A stretch of 64,000 nt of DNA from Bacteroidota bacterium (GTDB lineage: Bacteria > Bacteroidota > Bacteroidia > AKYH767-A > 2013-40CM-41-45). Of the stretch, positions 1-8,978 are shown in pieces. Position 1 is the stretch's first letter; each line of letters starts with the position of its first letter. Under the pieces are notes generated by a model. The model was not told where the DNA came from and did not search any database. It saw only the letters and a program-made list of their open reading frames with translations. The stretch is taken from positions 3,535 to 67,534 of the forward strand of contig JAPLDB010000110.1 of assembly GCA_026391975.1 (NCBI GenBank), written 5' to 3'. The position numbers and the translations under genes were made by a program.

Positions 1-501
1 GCCAATCAGGAAATGGTTCGCTGGATTATGGACCTGCGTAACTATTACGATGGCGGTTTGCCTTCACGGGAACAGATCAAAGAATATGTAATAAAAACTA
101 TTGGAGAAGGAAAAGTTGTTCCGGGTTATGGCCATGCTGTACTCCGCAAAACTGATCCCCGCTTCCTTGCACAAATGGATTTTGCGAAAACATACATGCC
201 TGATGATGAAAATTGTAAAATTGTCCACATGCTGTATGAAGAGGTACCACCGATCCTTGAAGGGTTCAAGAAGATAAAAAATCCATGGCCAAATGTGGAT
301 GCTCACAGTGGTGCATTGTTAATTCATTATGGCCTGGTTGAGTATGATTTTTATACCGTGCTCTTTGGTGTTTCCCGTTCTCTTGGTGTATTGGCCTCTC
401 TGCTCTGGGATCGCGCTCTTGGTCACCCACTAGAACGCCCGGGGTCTGTAACAACAGGCTGGATGAAAGCCCAGGCCGCTAAAGCACATGCAAATCTTTA
501 A
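1..501 (+). CDS. gltA: Citrate synthase, C-terminal part. The reading frame is open to position 1, so the gene begins upstream of the window.
   Basis: Translation contains the citrate synthase hallmarks [13 protein letters not shown] and [19 protein letters not shown]. There is no stop codon between position 1 and the first Met at 13. Confidence 0.85.
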   Translation, partial: ANQEMVRWIMDLRNYYDGGLPSREQIKEYVIKTIGEGKVVPGYGHAVLRKTDPRFLAQMDFAKTYMPDDENCKIVHMLYEEVPPILEGFKKIKNPWPNVDAHSGALLIHYGLVEYDFYTVLFGVSRSLGVLASLLWDRALGHPLERPGSVTTGWMKAQAAKAHANL

Positions 502-509
502 AAGCATTC

Positions 510-1337
510 ATGAAAAATATTCTGACCGTTGTTGCGATTGCACTTTTTGCTTTCACCGGTAAAGCTCAACCGTTTGAAACATTTCATGATTTCCGTCAGG
601 TAACCATCCTGCATGACACTTTAGACCTCAGCATTTACGCGGGAAAAAAAGTGCTCGTGGTGAATACAGCTTCTTTCTGTGGTTATACTTATGAGTTGGG
701 CGACCTCAGGGTACTTGATTCTTTGTATGGCGGACCGAACTTCGCAATCATCTGTTTTCCCTGCAATGATTTTGGCGGCCAGGAACCTTACAATGACAGT
801 ATTTTATATCAGTTTTACCTAGGCAATTACCATGTTGGCTTTCAGGTCATGTCAAAAATTGCAATAACATCTCCCGATACTGCAGAAGTTTACAAATGGC
901 TTCAATTACAAAATCGAAATGGCGTTGCCAATGCAAACGTGACCTGGAATTTCAATAAATTCTGCATTGATGAAGCCGGTCACTGGATCCGGCATTTTTC
1001 ACAAACAGTTAATCCCCTTGACACTGCTATTACCAACTGGATATTGTCACCCAATACCACAGGCGTTATTCCGAAGGACAATACCTCAGGCATTGTGCTG
1101 CAGGGGAATCCTTCATTCGGAAAAATAGATCTTTCAATAAGATCAAGTGCTTTAGAAAATTTCACTATTGAACTTTTTGATCTGCAAGGGAAACAACAGG
1201 CAAAATTATTTTCAGGCCGCATCAAAGGTGATCAGCACCTCAGCTTCCATCCGGAAAATCTCAAAGCAGGAATCTACTTCCTCAGGGTTTATAGCGCATC
1301 AACATCCAAGGTGATGAAGGTTTGTTATATCAATTGA
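510..1337 (+). CDS. Glutathione-peroxidase-family thiol peroxidase fused to a type-A T9SS C-terminal sorting domain. The predicted product is a secreted or surface peroxidase.
   Basis: Signal peptide MKNILTVVAIALFAFTGKAQ. GPx motifs VVNTASFCGYT (peroxidatic Cys) and FPCNDFGGQEP. The C-terminal ~75 aa (..FTIELFDLQGKQQAKLF..GIYFLRVYSASTSKVMKV) match the T9SS CTD pattern. Confidence 0.75.
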   Translation: MKNILTVVAIALFAFTGKAQPFETFHDFRQVTILHDTLDLSIYAGKKVLVVNTASFCGYTYELGDLRVLDSLYGGPNFAIICFPCNDFGGQEPYNDSILYQFYLGNYHVGFQVMSKIAITSPDTAEVYKWLQLQNRNGVANANVTWNFNKFCIDEAGHWIRHFSQTVNPLDTAITNWILSPNTTGVIPKDNTSGIVLQGNPSFGKIDLSIRSSALENFTIELFDLQGKQQAKLFSGRIKGDQHLSFHPENLKAGIYFLRVYSASTSKVMKVCYIN

Positions 1338-1418
1338 ACTTTGATTCGGATTTTTTCTATCGCTTTGAATTCCTTTCGCTTCCAATTCTAACCACAATTC
1401 TGAAATTCCAACCCATAC

Positions 1419-2447
1419 ATGAAACTCGTTTCCTATTCTGTCAATTCAATAGAACACCTGGGTATTTTTCAGGAAGAAAAAATTTATAACCTTTCTGAGG
1501 CAGCAAAAGCCCTCGGTAAAAAAGCCCTTCCTGATGACATGCTTGCTTTTTTGCGGCTCGGGGAAGAAGCTATGAATGAAGCGAAGAGCATTGACAGTGC
1601 AATTAAAGAACAATCTATAATTCCGATTGCTATCGGGATCAAACCGGAAGCTGATTTCGCATTGCTTGCCCCTGTTCCCCACCCTACTTCATGCCGCGAC
1701 GGATATGCCTTTCGCCAGCACGTGGCATCGGCAAGGAGAAACAGAAAAGTGGACATGATCAAGGAGTTTGACCAATACCCTATTTTTTATTTTACCAACC
1801 ACAATGCCATTCAGGGACCGGGAGAGATCTTCTGTATGCCTGATCACTTTCAGAAACTGGATTTTGAACTGGAGGCATCAATTGTTATCGGAAAAAAAGG
1901 AAGAAACATCCGTGCCGCGGAAGCAGATGAATACATTGCAGGGTACATGATCATGAACGACATGAGTGCTCGCACGTTGCAGATGGAAGAAATGCTCCTG
2001 AACCTGGGTCCCGCGAAAGGAAAAGATTTTTCAACGGTGATTGGTCCATGGCTGGTTACCCCGGATGAACTGGAACCGTATAAAATCCCTGCCAAGGAAA
2101 ATCATGTTGGCAATCGTTACAATCTCTCTATGAAGTGTTTTGTGAACGGGAAACAAGTCAGCACAGGAAATCTCGGTGACATGGACTGGACATTTGCAGA
2201 AATCATTGAGCGTTGTGCTTATGGCGTAGACGTTCTTCCCGGTGATGTGATCGGTAGTGGCACAGTTGGTACCGGTTGTTTTCTCGAATTGAACGGAACA
2301 GGATTATTGAACGATCCGAACTTCAAACCACAATGGCTTCAGCCGAATGATGTGGTTGAAATGGAGATTGAAGGACTGGGAAGACTGTCTAATACGATCC
2401 GGAAAGAAGATACAGATTTTTCTATTCTTGCATTGAAGAAAAGTTGA
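1419..2447 (+). CDS. Fumarylacetoacetate hydrolase (FAH) family protein
   Basis: 342 aa. FAH-fold-like C-terminal half (GDVIGSGTVGTGCFLELNG, metal-binding acidic residues). Start is typical for the family. Confidence 0.75.
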   Translation: MKLVSYSVNSIEHLGIFQEEKIYNLSEAAKALGKKALPDDMLAFLRLGEEAMNEAKSIDSAIKEQSIIPIAIGIKPEADFALLAPVPHPTSCRDGYAFRQHVASARRNRKVDMIKEFDQYPIFYFTNHNAIQGPGEIFCMPDHFQKLDFELEASIVIGKKGRNIRAAEADEYIAGYMIMNDMSARTLQMEEMLLNLGPAKGKDFSTVIGPWLVTPDELEPYKIPAKENHVGNRYNLSMKCFVNGKQVSTGNLGDMDWTFAEIIERCAYGVDVLPGDVIGSGTVGTGCFLELNGTGLLNDPNFKPQWLQPNDVVEMEIEGLGRLSNTIRKEDTDFSILALKKS

Positions 2448-2512
2448 ATGGATGAATGGTTTAATAGTTAATTGGCTAATTGGTTGATTAGTTTATTGGT
2501 TGCTTAGTAAAC
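2448..2512. repeat. Degenerate 8-bp tandem repeat (TWATTGGY-like) immediately 3' of the FAH gene stop
   Basis: The repeat begins right after the stop at 2445-2447: ..atggatgaatggtttaatagttaattggctaattggttgattagtttattggttgcttagt. Confidence 0.6.
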
Positions 2513-2613
2513 ATTCCTCACCGATAAATTGTAACAGGATTTATAATTGTTCAACTAATAAGCCAGCCAACAAAGCAACCGCTGTTCCCTCTCTGTTTGT
2601 TTCTGATACATTT

Positions 2614-2688
2614 CATTCGTAAATTCGTACAAATTAGTATATGGTATTTGTACATTCGTACTTATTAGTATTTAGTATTCGTATTTTC
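2614..2688. repeat. Degenerate heptamer tandem array (ATTCGTA / TTAGTAT units) overlapping the 5' end of the relA/spoT ORF
   Basis: ttcgtaaattcgtacaaattagtatatggtatttgtacattcgtacttattagtatttagtattcgtatttt. An in-frame stop at 2635-2637 prevents any longer N-terminus. Confidence 0.5.
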
Positions 2689-4764
2689 ATGTCTCTTGAG
2701 GCACACAAGGACATGCGACGGAAAAGCGGACTGCCATATATCATGCACCCGCTGGCAGTTGCACAGATCGTTGCTGAAGAAATCGGTCTTGGAACAATGG
2801 CCATCATCGCAGCGCTATTACACGATACGGTAGAAGACACACACCTCACTTTAAACGACATTGAAAAAAACTTCGGAAAGAAAGTCGGAACTATTGTCGA
2901 CGGTCTCACGAAGATTTCAGGCGTATTCGAACAAGGCACCTCACTTCAGGCAGAAAATTTCAGAAAGGTGTTGCTCACCCTCAGTGATGACATTCGCGTT
3001 ATCCTGATCAAACTTGCTGATCGCCTGCACAACATGCGCACGCTCGATCACATGGCGCGTGAGAAACAGTTGAAGATCGCAAGTGAAACGGCTTACCTCT
3101 ATGCTCCGCTTGCGCACCGGCTGGGATTGTATGCCATCAAGGTTGAGATGGACGACCTTGCAATGAAATACACTGACCCTGAAATTTATGAAAGTATCAA
3201 TACCAAACTTCAGGAAACCAAACGCGAACGGCAACGGTTCATCAGTGAATTCAGTGATCCCATCAAAGAAGAAATAGAACGCCAGGGACTGAAATGTGAG
3301 ATCAAAGGCCGACCAAAATCTGTCCATTCCATCTGGATGAAGATGAAAAAGCAAGGCGTTGAGTTTGATGAGATCTACGACATCTTTGCAATCAGGATTA
3401 TTATCGATGTAAATGAAGAAGATGAAAAAGCATTGTGCTGGCGGGTGTATTCCATCGTCACAGATTTTTACCATCCTAATCCGGACAGGTTGCGCGACTG
3501 GATCTCAACACCGAAAAGTACCGGTTACGAATCATTGCATACTACGGTAATGGGCCCTGCCGGCCGATGGGTCGAAGTACAGATCCGTTCCAGACGTATG
3601 GATGAAATAGCAGAGAAAGGCTATGCTGCACATTGGAAATACAAAGAGAGCGCCGCAGAAAGTGCCGTGGATGAATGGATCAGCAAGATCCGCGAGTTGC
3701 TTGAAAATCCGGAAAGCAACGCCCTTGATTTTATCGACGATTTTAAGCTGAACCTCTTCAATGATGAAATATTTGTGTTCACGCCAAACGGTGAATTGAA
3801 ATCATTACCCGGCGGAAGCACAGCACTCGACTTTGCCTTTGAAATTCACAGTGCAGTGGGAAGTAAATGTATCGGCGCCAAAGCAAATCACAAACTGGTT
3901 CCGCTCAGCCATAAGTTGCGCAGTGGTGATCAGGTGGAAATTCTCACATCAAGCAAACAAACACCTAAGGAAGATTGGCTCAACTTTGTTGTCACAGCCA
4001 AAGCAAAATCAAAAATTAAAAATGCGCTGAAGGAAGAAAAGAAAAGTGTGGCAGAAGACGGAAAAGAAATTCTGCAACGAAAATTCAAGCACCTTAAGAT
4101 CCACTTCAACAACGAGAACATCAACGAACTTCTCGCATTTTATAAAATTCCAAGTACACTTGAATTGTATTACCGGATCGCCAAAGGCATTCTTGATATA
4201 TACGACTTAAAAGATTTCGTTGAAGAAAAAGGCCAGATCAAAGCCAAAGCCCCACGTCCGCTGGAACAACAATCACTGGAGCATATGGTACGGAGCATCC
4301 GCGGGAATAGCGACATGCTGGTACTCGGCGAAAACCTCGACCGTATTGACTACAAACTTTCCACCTGCTGCAATCCGATTCCCGGTGATGACGTCTTCGG
4401 ATTTGTAACCGTTGGCGAGGGAATTAAGATCCACCGTGTAAGCTGCCCGAATGCCATTCAGCTCATGAGCAATTACGCCTACCGGATTGTAAAAGCGAAA
4501 TGGACGAACCAGCAGCAGATCGCATTCCTTGCTGGCATCCGCATGACAGGCATTGATGAAGTGGGCATCGTCAATAAAATCTCCAAGGTGATCAGCAGCG
4601 AATTGAAAGTAAACATGCGCAGCATCTCTATCGACAGCAACGACGGTATTTTTGACGGCACCATCATGCTATTTGTGCATGACACAGAACACCTCACGAA
4701 GTTGATGAAAAAATTAAAAGAGATACACGGGATACTGACGGTGAGTCGGGTAGATGCGGGGTAG
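2641..4764 (+). CDS. relA: Bifunctional (p)ppGpp synthetase/hydrolase of the RelA/SpoT (RSH) family. The true start may be ATG 2689 (MSLEAHK..).
   Basis: HD hydrolase motif RKSGLPYIMHPLAVA..LHDTVEDT, RelA_SpoT synthetase domain, TGS and C-terminal ACT domain. The product is 707 aa. Confidence 0.85.
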   Translation: MVFVHSYLLVFSIRIFMSLEAHKDMRRKSGLPYIMHPLAVAQIVAEEIGLGTMAIIAALLHDTVEDTHLTLNDIEKNFGKKVGTIVDGLTKISGVFEQGTSLQAENFRKVLLTLSDDIRVILIKLADRLHNMRTLDHMAREKQLKIASETAYLYAPLAHRLGLYAIKVEMDDLAMKYTDPEIYESINTKLQETKRERQRFISEFSDPIKEEIERQGLKCEIKGRPKSVHSIWMKMKKQGVEFDEIYDIFAIRIIIDVNEEDEKALCWRVYSIVTDFYHPNPDRLRDWISTPKSTGYESLHTTVMGPAGRWVEVQIRSRRMDEIAEKGYAAHWKYKESAAESAVDEWISKIRELLENPESNALDFIDDFKLNLFNDEIFVFTPNGELKSLPGGSTALDFAFEIHSAVGSKCIGAKANHKLVPLSHKLRSGDQVEILTSSKQTPKEDWLNFVVTAKAKSKIKNALKEEKKSVAEDGKEILQRKFKHLKIHFNNENINELLAFYKIPSTLELYYRIAKGILDIYDLKDFVEEKGQIKAKAPRPLEQQSLEHMVRSIRGNSDMLVLGENLDRIDYKLSTCCNPIPGDDVFGFVTVGEGIKIHRVSCPNAIQLMSNYAYRIVKAKWTNQQQIAFLAGIRMTGIDEVGIVNKISKVISSELKVNMRSISIDSNDGIFDGTIMLFVHDTEHLTKLMKKLKEIHGILTVSRVDAG

Positions 4765-4818
4765 GAAGAAGAACAGCCGGCCCCCTGGCCCCCGAAGGGG
4801 GGAATAGCAGCCGAAGAA

Positions 4819-4945
4819 AGCAGCCGTCAATAAGTCATTAGGTCAATGGTCATTCGTCATTGAGTAATTGACCTAAATGAAGTCATTGCGAGGCACGAAG
4901 TTATAAGCAAGGCCCGCTTGAAGTAGTCATTGCGAGGTACAGCCT
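4819..4945. repeat. Array of GTCATTR heptamers 3' of relA, sharing the core CAGCCGTCA with the repeat at 8254-8342
   Basis: gcagccgtcaataagtcattaggtcaatggtcattcgtcattgagtaattgacc .. gaagtcattgcgagg .. gtagtcattgcgagg. Confidence 0.5.
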
Positions 4946-5159
4946 GTCAACCGTAGCCTTGGCGAAGGTTGGAAGCAATCCCCTCAAATTAGTTGTGAAT
5001 GGATTTTGAAGCGGACAATCTCGTTCGTCAACTTCATTCCATCCCGCTACCCGCTTCGCCCTTTGGGCTTTGCTTCTATCCGGGGCTATTTTAGAAAACT
5101 TCAAACTCATAAAAATGAAGTCAAAATTATTAACCCAACTTCAAAATAAAAAATCAGAA

Positions 5160-6653
5160 TTATTCCACCACAAATTTTTGAAAATGACAGCCCCTTTCAT
5201 TTTGAATTTTTACAAAATAAATTCCAGGCAACAATTTGCCGATATCTATTTGAATAGGGAAATATGAATCACTCAATTCAAGGCAGCTTTCACCAAGCAA
5301 ATTGAAAATTTCCAAATGGCTGACACTGCTTACAGACGAACAATTTAAAGTCAGCCGTCCCTTTGCAGGATTGGGTGACAACTGAAAACCACTTTCAATA
5401 TCGCCTTCATTCGTTTGAAGCACTTGGCACAGGTCGCTGGAAGAAGAAACTGAATGAGCAGGAAAACTGATTGTCGTGTCAACCCTCAGGTAATTTACAG
5501 CGCTATATTGATACCAGGGAATATGATTTATATTAGGTATTGCTGCAACAACTTGCAATGCCGATTGCACAATTCCACATGGAGGAGTCAAAAGCGTGTC
5601 GATTACAAAGACTCCTCCATGATTGTCATTATTGTACGGGCAGAATATACGCCCATTGCTATACTTCATTCTGACGTATATAGGTATATTGAAAGAACCG
5701 GGAAGATTATTCCATTCATTTGCCGAAATGAGATTGCCCGATGAATCAACTTTCAACGAAAAGTAGGTAGTGAAGATATCGTTGTTTTTATCGCCCAAAA
5801 TATAAATATTTCCCAAACTATCAGCGCAAGCGGCATGTGTAGTTAACATAGCTGATGAAGAATAAAAACTTTTTTGCCAGATTACTGAACCATCCTCTCT
5901 GAATTTAGAAAAGCAAATTTTCCATGAAGTAGGATACCAACCCCAAAAGTTATCAGATGTACTGTTTATGACCAGATAGGTAGAATCAGTAAGTGGTAGG
6001 AGATCACAAATATTTTCATATATACCAAAATCCAGGTTAATGGCATCAATATTCGATTCAAAGTGTCCTGTGGAATCCATTCTTGCCATCCATGCATATG
6101 ACACCCCAGTCCCCTGATCCATTATCAAGAACCAGGCACCTTTTCCTATCCTGGGATATCCCTGCTCAATATAATTGTCGTTTCCGGTTTGGTCACAACT
6201 TGAATAAGTAAGCGCGCCCGCAGAGTCATAAACCAAAATTCCATTTGGCATTCCATACATACCTCCATTGGTAGAAACGTAAATATTCTCTCCATCTGTA
6301 GTCAATCCAACAATGTTGTTAAACGTACCACATTCAGGTGTCAATAAGCTTCGCCCCCAGATAAAATTACCTGCTGTATCCATTTTTACGAGTGCGGAAC
6401 CTGAATAAAAATAAATGGCTGCATCATGAAGGGTTAACATTGAAGACTGGCCACCGAGTGATCTTGACCAAATGGTGTTACCATTAAAATCCGTTTTGTC
6501 AAGAATTCCACTTGTACTCAGAAAGTAAATTGCATCCGAAGAAAACTTGCATTCATTCAAATTCCCATGACTTAAATAAAATGATGATGGCGATTGGGAA
6601 TAGGATAGCTTAACAATGAGGAAACTGGCAACAAATAGTATTTTCGATTTCAT
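5160..6653 (-). CDS. Secreted beta-propeller-like repeat protein with a type-A T9SS C-terminal domain. The ORF extends to 6719, but the signal-peptide start MKSKILF at 6653 is preferred.
   Basis: Signal peptide MKSKILFVASFLIVKLSYSQ. Repeated G(N/S)xIW..S motifs. C-terminus ..LLPGIYFVKIQNERGCHFQKFVVE is typical of the T9SS CTD. Confidence 0.6.
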   Translation of the reverse strand: MKSKILFVASFLIVKLSYSQSPSSFYLSHGNLNECKFSSDAIYFLSTSGILDKTDFNGNTIWSRSLGGQSSMLTLHDAAIYFYSGSALVKMDTAGNFIWGRSLLTPECGTFNNIVGLTTDGENIYVSTNGGMYGMPNGILVYDSAGALTYSSCDQTGNDNYIEQGYPRIGKGAWFLIMDQGTGVSYAWMARMDSTGHFESNIDAINLDFGIYENICDLLPLTDSTYLVINSTSDNFWGWYPTSWKICFSKFREDGSVIWQKSFYSSSAMLTTHAACADSLGNIYILGDKNNDIFTTYFSLKVDSSGNLISANEWNNLPGSFNIPIYVRMKYSNGRIFCPYNNDNHGGVFVIDTLLTPPCGIVQSALQVVAAIPNINHIPWYQYSAVNYLRVDTTISFPAHSVSSSSDLCQVLQTNEGDIESGFQLSPNPAKGRLTLNCSSVSSVSHLEIFNLLGESCLELSDSYFPIQIDIGKLLPGIYFVKIQNERGCHFQKFVVE

Positions 6654-6905
6654 GTATTTTGAGGTAATAATTTTCAAAACTAAAATTACAATTAATGCGC
6701 TTATTGATGTTTTGGTCAACGCAAGGAACGAATGGGTGAATCGATGTTGGAAAAGCCCAAAGCAATCTAGTACTTAAATGATAAAGATTGCCCGCCCGGA
6801 TGAACCAGTCGTACGGGCTTCGGTCGTCCCTCCCTTACAATGACTACTCATAATAAGGATTCGCAATTCGCATGTTAGTAAAAGATTCGCCATTCGATGG
6901 GATAA

Positions 6906-8195
6906 TCACCCTTTCGAAATCTTCTCCACCGCCCCAACAAAATAATCAAGGTCACTCAACGATGTATACACATGCGGCGTAACGCGCACGCCTTTGATTT
7001 CATCGTGTACAATGGGCGTTGTGTAAATTTTATAATCTCCGAAAAGCTTGTCAATGATCTGTCCGGGCTCCATGCCATCAATGCAGAAGTTGCCGATTGC
7101 ACATGAATATTCGCGCTTCAAAGAAGTATTGAGACCCACTTTCGGAAATTTAGAAACCTTTTCAGCCCAGTAATTTTTCAGATAACGCAGGCGTTCCTCT
7201 TTTCTTTTTATTCCAATGCCGCGGTGAAAGTTTATTGATACGCCAATACTTGCTTCAATCGGAAATGAACGCGTACCGAGGTTTTCAAATTTCCTGATGT
7301 CTTCACTCTGTGGTTCGGGATGCCCCAATAGTGGCCAGATATTTTTTATCTTTTCCTTTTTCATCCACAGCATTCCGGTACCAAAAGGTGCACACAGCCA
7401 CTTGTGCAGACTGGTACCGAAATAGTCACAATGCAGATCGGGAATCTTAAAATCAAGGTGTGCGAATGAATGTGCGCCATCACAAATGACTTCAATATTT
7501 TTTTCATGGGCCATGTCAGCGACCGCACGCACCGGCATAATTTGTCCGGATAGGTTTATGACATGACACATCAGTATCACTTTTGTATTCGGCGTGATTG
7601 CATTTCTGAATCGCTCTACAATAATGGATGGATCCTCGCACGGAACGGGAACTGAGATCTTCACTACTTTTATCTTATCCCGCAATTCACGCTGGTGCAA
7701 AGCGCTCATCATGTTGGGATAATCCTGATTTGTAGTAAGCACTTCATCTCCTTCCTTCAGATTCATACCGAAAATCACTGTTTCCAATGCTTCAGAAGAA
7801 TTTCTGTTGATGGCAACCTCTTCTGCACTTACGCCACCAAGTTCAGCAAGCTGCTTGCGCACATTCTCCCGTTCCATGCCGATCGTTTGCCACATGTAAT
7901 ATGCAGGTCCCTGGTTGGCAAGTCTGACATACCGGTCAAGTGCATCCTGTGTTACAATCGGCTGCGGACTTACTCCACCATTGTTCAGGTTAATGATATT
8001 TGAAGATACGGTATAGGATTGTCTCACAGTAAACCAGAAGTCCTCATCCTGTGCAGCATCCAAGGGAGACAGGTGTTCTATCTTTTTTACTGCAGCTTCA
8101 ACTTTTTCTGCCTGGAAAATATCAAGCAATGGAAGTACCGCTGCAGCCGCAGCTATCGTTCCTGCCTTTTGAAAGAATGATCGTCTGTCTGACAT
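6906..8195 (-). CDS. Class V aminotransferase-fold PLP enzyme with a twin-arginine (Tat) signal peptide, isopenicillin-N-epimerase/cysteine-desulfurase-like
   Basis: N-terminus MSDRRSFFQKAGTIAAAAAVLPLL has an S-R-R-x-F-F-K Tat motif. Class V fold with the PLP-lysine context GTSLHKWL. Confidence 0.75.
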   Translation of the reverse strand: MSDRRSFFQKAGTIAAAAAVLPLLDIFQAEKVEAAVKKIEHLSPLDAAQDEDFWFTVRQSYTVSSNIINLNNGGVSPQPIVTQDALDRYVRLANQGPAYYMWQTIGMERENVRKQLAELGGVSAEEVAINRNSSEALETVIFGMNLKEGDEVLTTNQDYPNMMSALHQRELRDKIKVVKISVPVPCEDPSIIVERFRNAITPNTKVILMCHVINLSGQIMPVRAVADMAHEKNIEVICDGAHSFAHLDFKIPDLHCDYFGTSLHKWLCAPFGTGMLWMKKEKIKNIWPLLGHPEPQSEDIRKFENLGTRSFPIEASIGVSINFHRGIGIKRKEERLRYLKNYWAEKVSKFPKVGLNTSLKREYSCAIGNFCIDGMEPGQIIDKLFGDYKIYTTPIVHDEIKGVRVTPHVYTSLSDLDYFVGAVEKISKG

Positions 8196-8253
8196 GTGTA
8201 GGGTATTTTATAAAACGAAGATATTCAAATATTATGAAGGTACATAGGAAGCG

Positions 8254-8342
8254 AAACAGCCGTCATTGAGTCATTGGTGATAAAACAGCCGTCAATGGGT
8301 CATTGGTAAGAACAGCCGTCATTAGGTCATTAAGTCAATAAG
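8254..8342. repeat. Three tandem copies of a ~28-bp unit (AACAGCCGTCAWTRRGTCATTRGT) built from GTCATTR heptamers
   Basis: aacagccgtcattgagtcattggtgataa / aacagccgtcaatgggtcattggtaag / aacagccgtcattaggtcattaagtcaataagt. Confidence 0.6.
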
Positions 8343-8397
8343 TATATACCAAATGAATAGTGAACACAAATTTGACCAATTGTCTATTGTTAATCGC

Positions 8398-8440
8398 TAC
8401 TTGCCAACTGCCAACTGCTTACTGCTTACTGCCTACTTCA
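8398..8440. repeat. Heptamer tandem repeat (GCAGTAA / GCAGTTG on the minus strand) directly 3' of the stop of the 8438-8788 gene
   Basis: ttgccaactgccaactgcttactgcttactgcctacttca. The minus-strand stop (tca at 8438-8440) lies inside the first unit. Confidence 0.5.
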
Positions 8441-8788
8441 CTCTTTCACTTTCCTGAATCTTTCCGTCCATTTCGGAATATAATGCACTGCCAGTGTAAT
8501 CAACCCTAAAGCAAAAAAGATTACTGCATATGGCCTGGTTGAATCATTGTAAAAGAATTCTCCCACCATCCATACACTGTTTGCGCAGAGCCAGAATACA
8601 ACGGCGAGATTATGTATAAATTCTTCTTTTACTTTTCGTGTTCTTATAGTCAGAAAAATCGCAACAGAAATAGTTGGTATGATCATACTTACTCCCAGCA
8701 ACTCATAACCCTGTACCCAGCATGTATCTTTAATCAGCCATAATAATATATGCAGGTTCTCGGTAGAGCGGATGCGGGGGGTGGTCAT
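8438..8788 (-). CDS. Small hypothetical integral membrane protein
   Basis: 116 aa with three hydrophobic segments. No recognisable family. Confidence 0.4.
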   Translation of the reverse strand: MTTPRIRSTENLHILLWLIKDTCWVQGYELLGVSMIIPTISVAIFLTIRTRKVKEEFIHNLAVVFWLCANSVWMVGEFFYNDSTRPYAVIFFALGLITLAVHYIPKWTERFRKVKE

Positions 8789-8978
8789 TGGGTTTATTTT
8801 AGTTAGCGAATATATGGAGGTGCCTGATACTTCGTTGATGGGCTAAATTTGTTTATTAAGTTGAATGGTTAATTGGTTAATTATGTTTATTCGGAACAGC
8901 CGCACTTACTGAATCAGCAATTAAACCAATCATTGTTTATCAATTCAAACTACCTTTACACGCTATTAAATTCAACTG

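Noticed and set aside
2941-3474. Numerous antisense or out-of-frame ORFs of 60-190 aa nested in large genes (e.g. 2941-3474, 33051-33614, 60663-61139, 61165-61596, 36603-37097)
   Set aside because: They lie entirely within well-supported genes on the opposite strand or in another frame, have low-complexity translations and match no family. They are typical spurious ORFs.
4765-5160. tRNA or small RNA gene in the 400-bp gap after relA
   Set aside because: No cloverleaf-compatible sequence and no GTTCRANYC T-loop motif. The region is dominated by the GTCATTR repeat family and a GC hairpin (ccccc-gaa-ggggg) just after the relA stop, which is more likely a terminator-like structure.
5070-5744. 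Plus-strand ORFs 5070-5267 and 5454-5744 opposite the T9SS beta-propeller gene
   Set aside because: They are antisense to a gene that has a clear signal peptide and CTD, and show no recognisable features.
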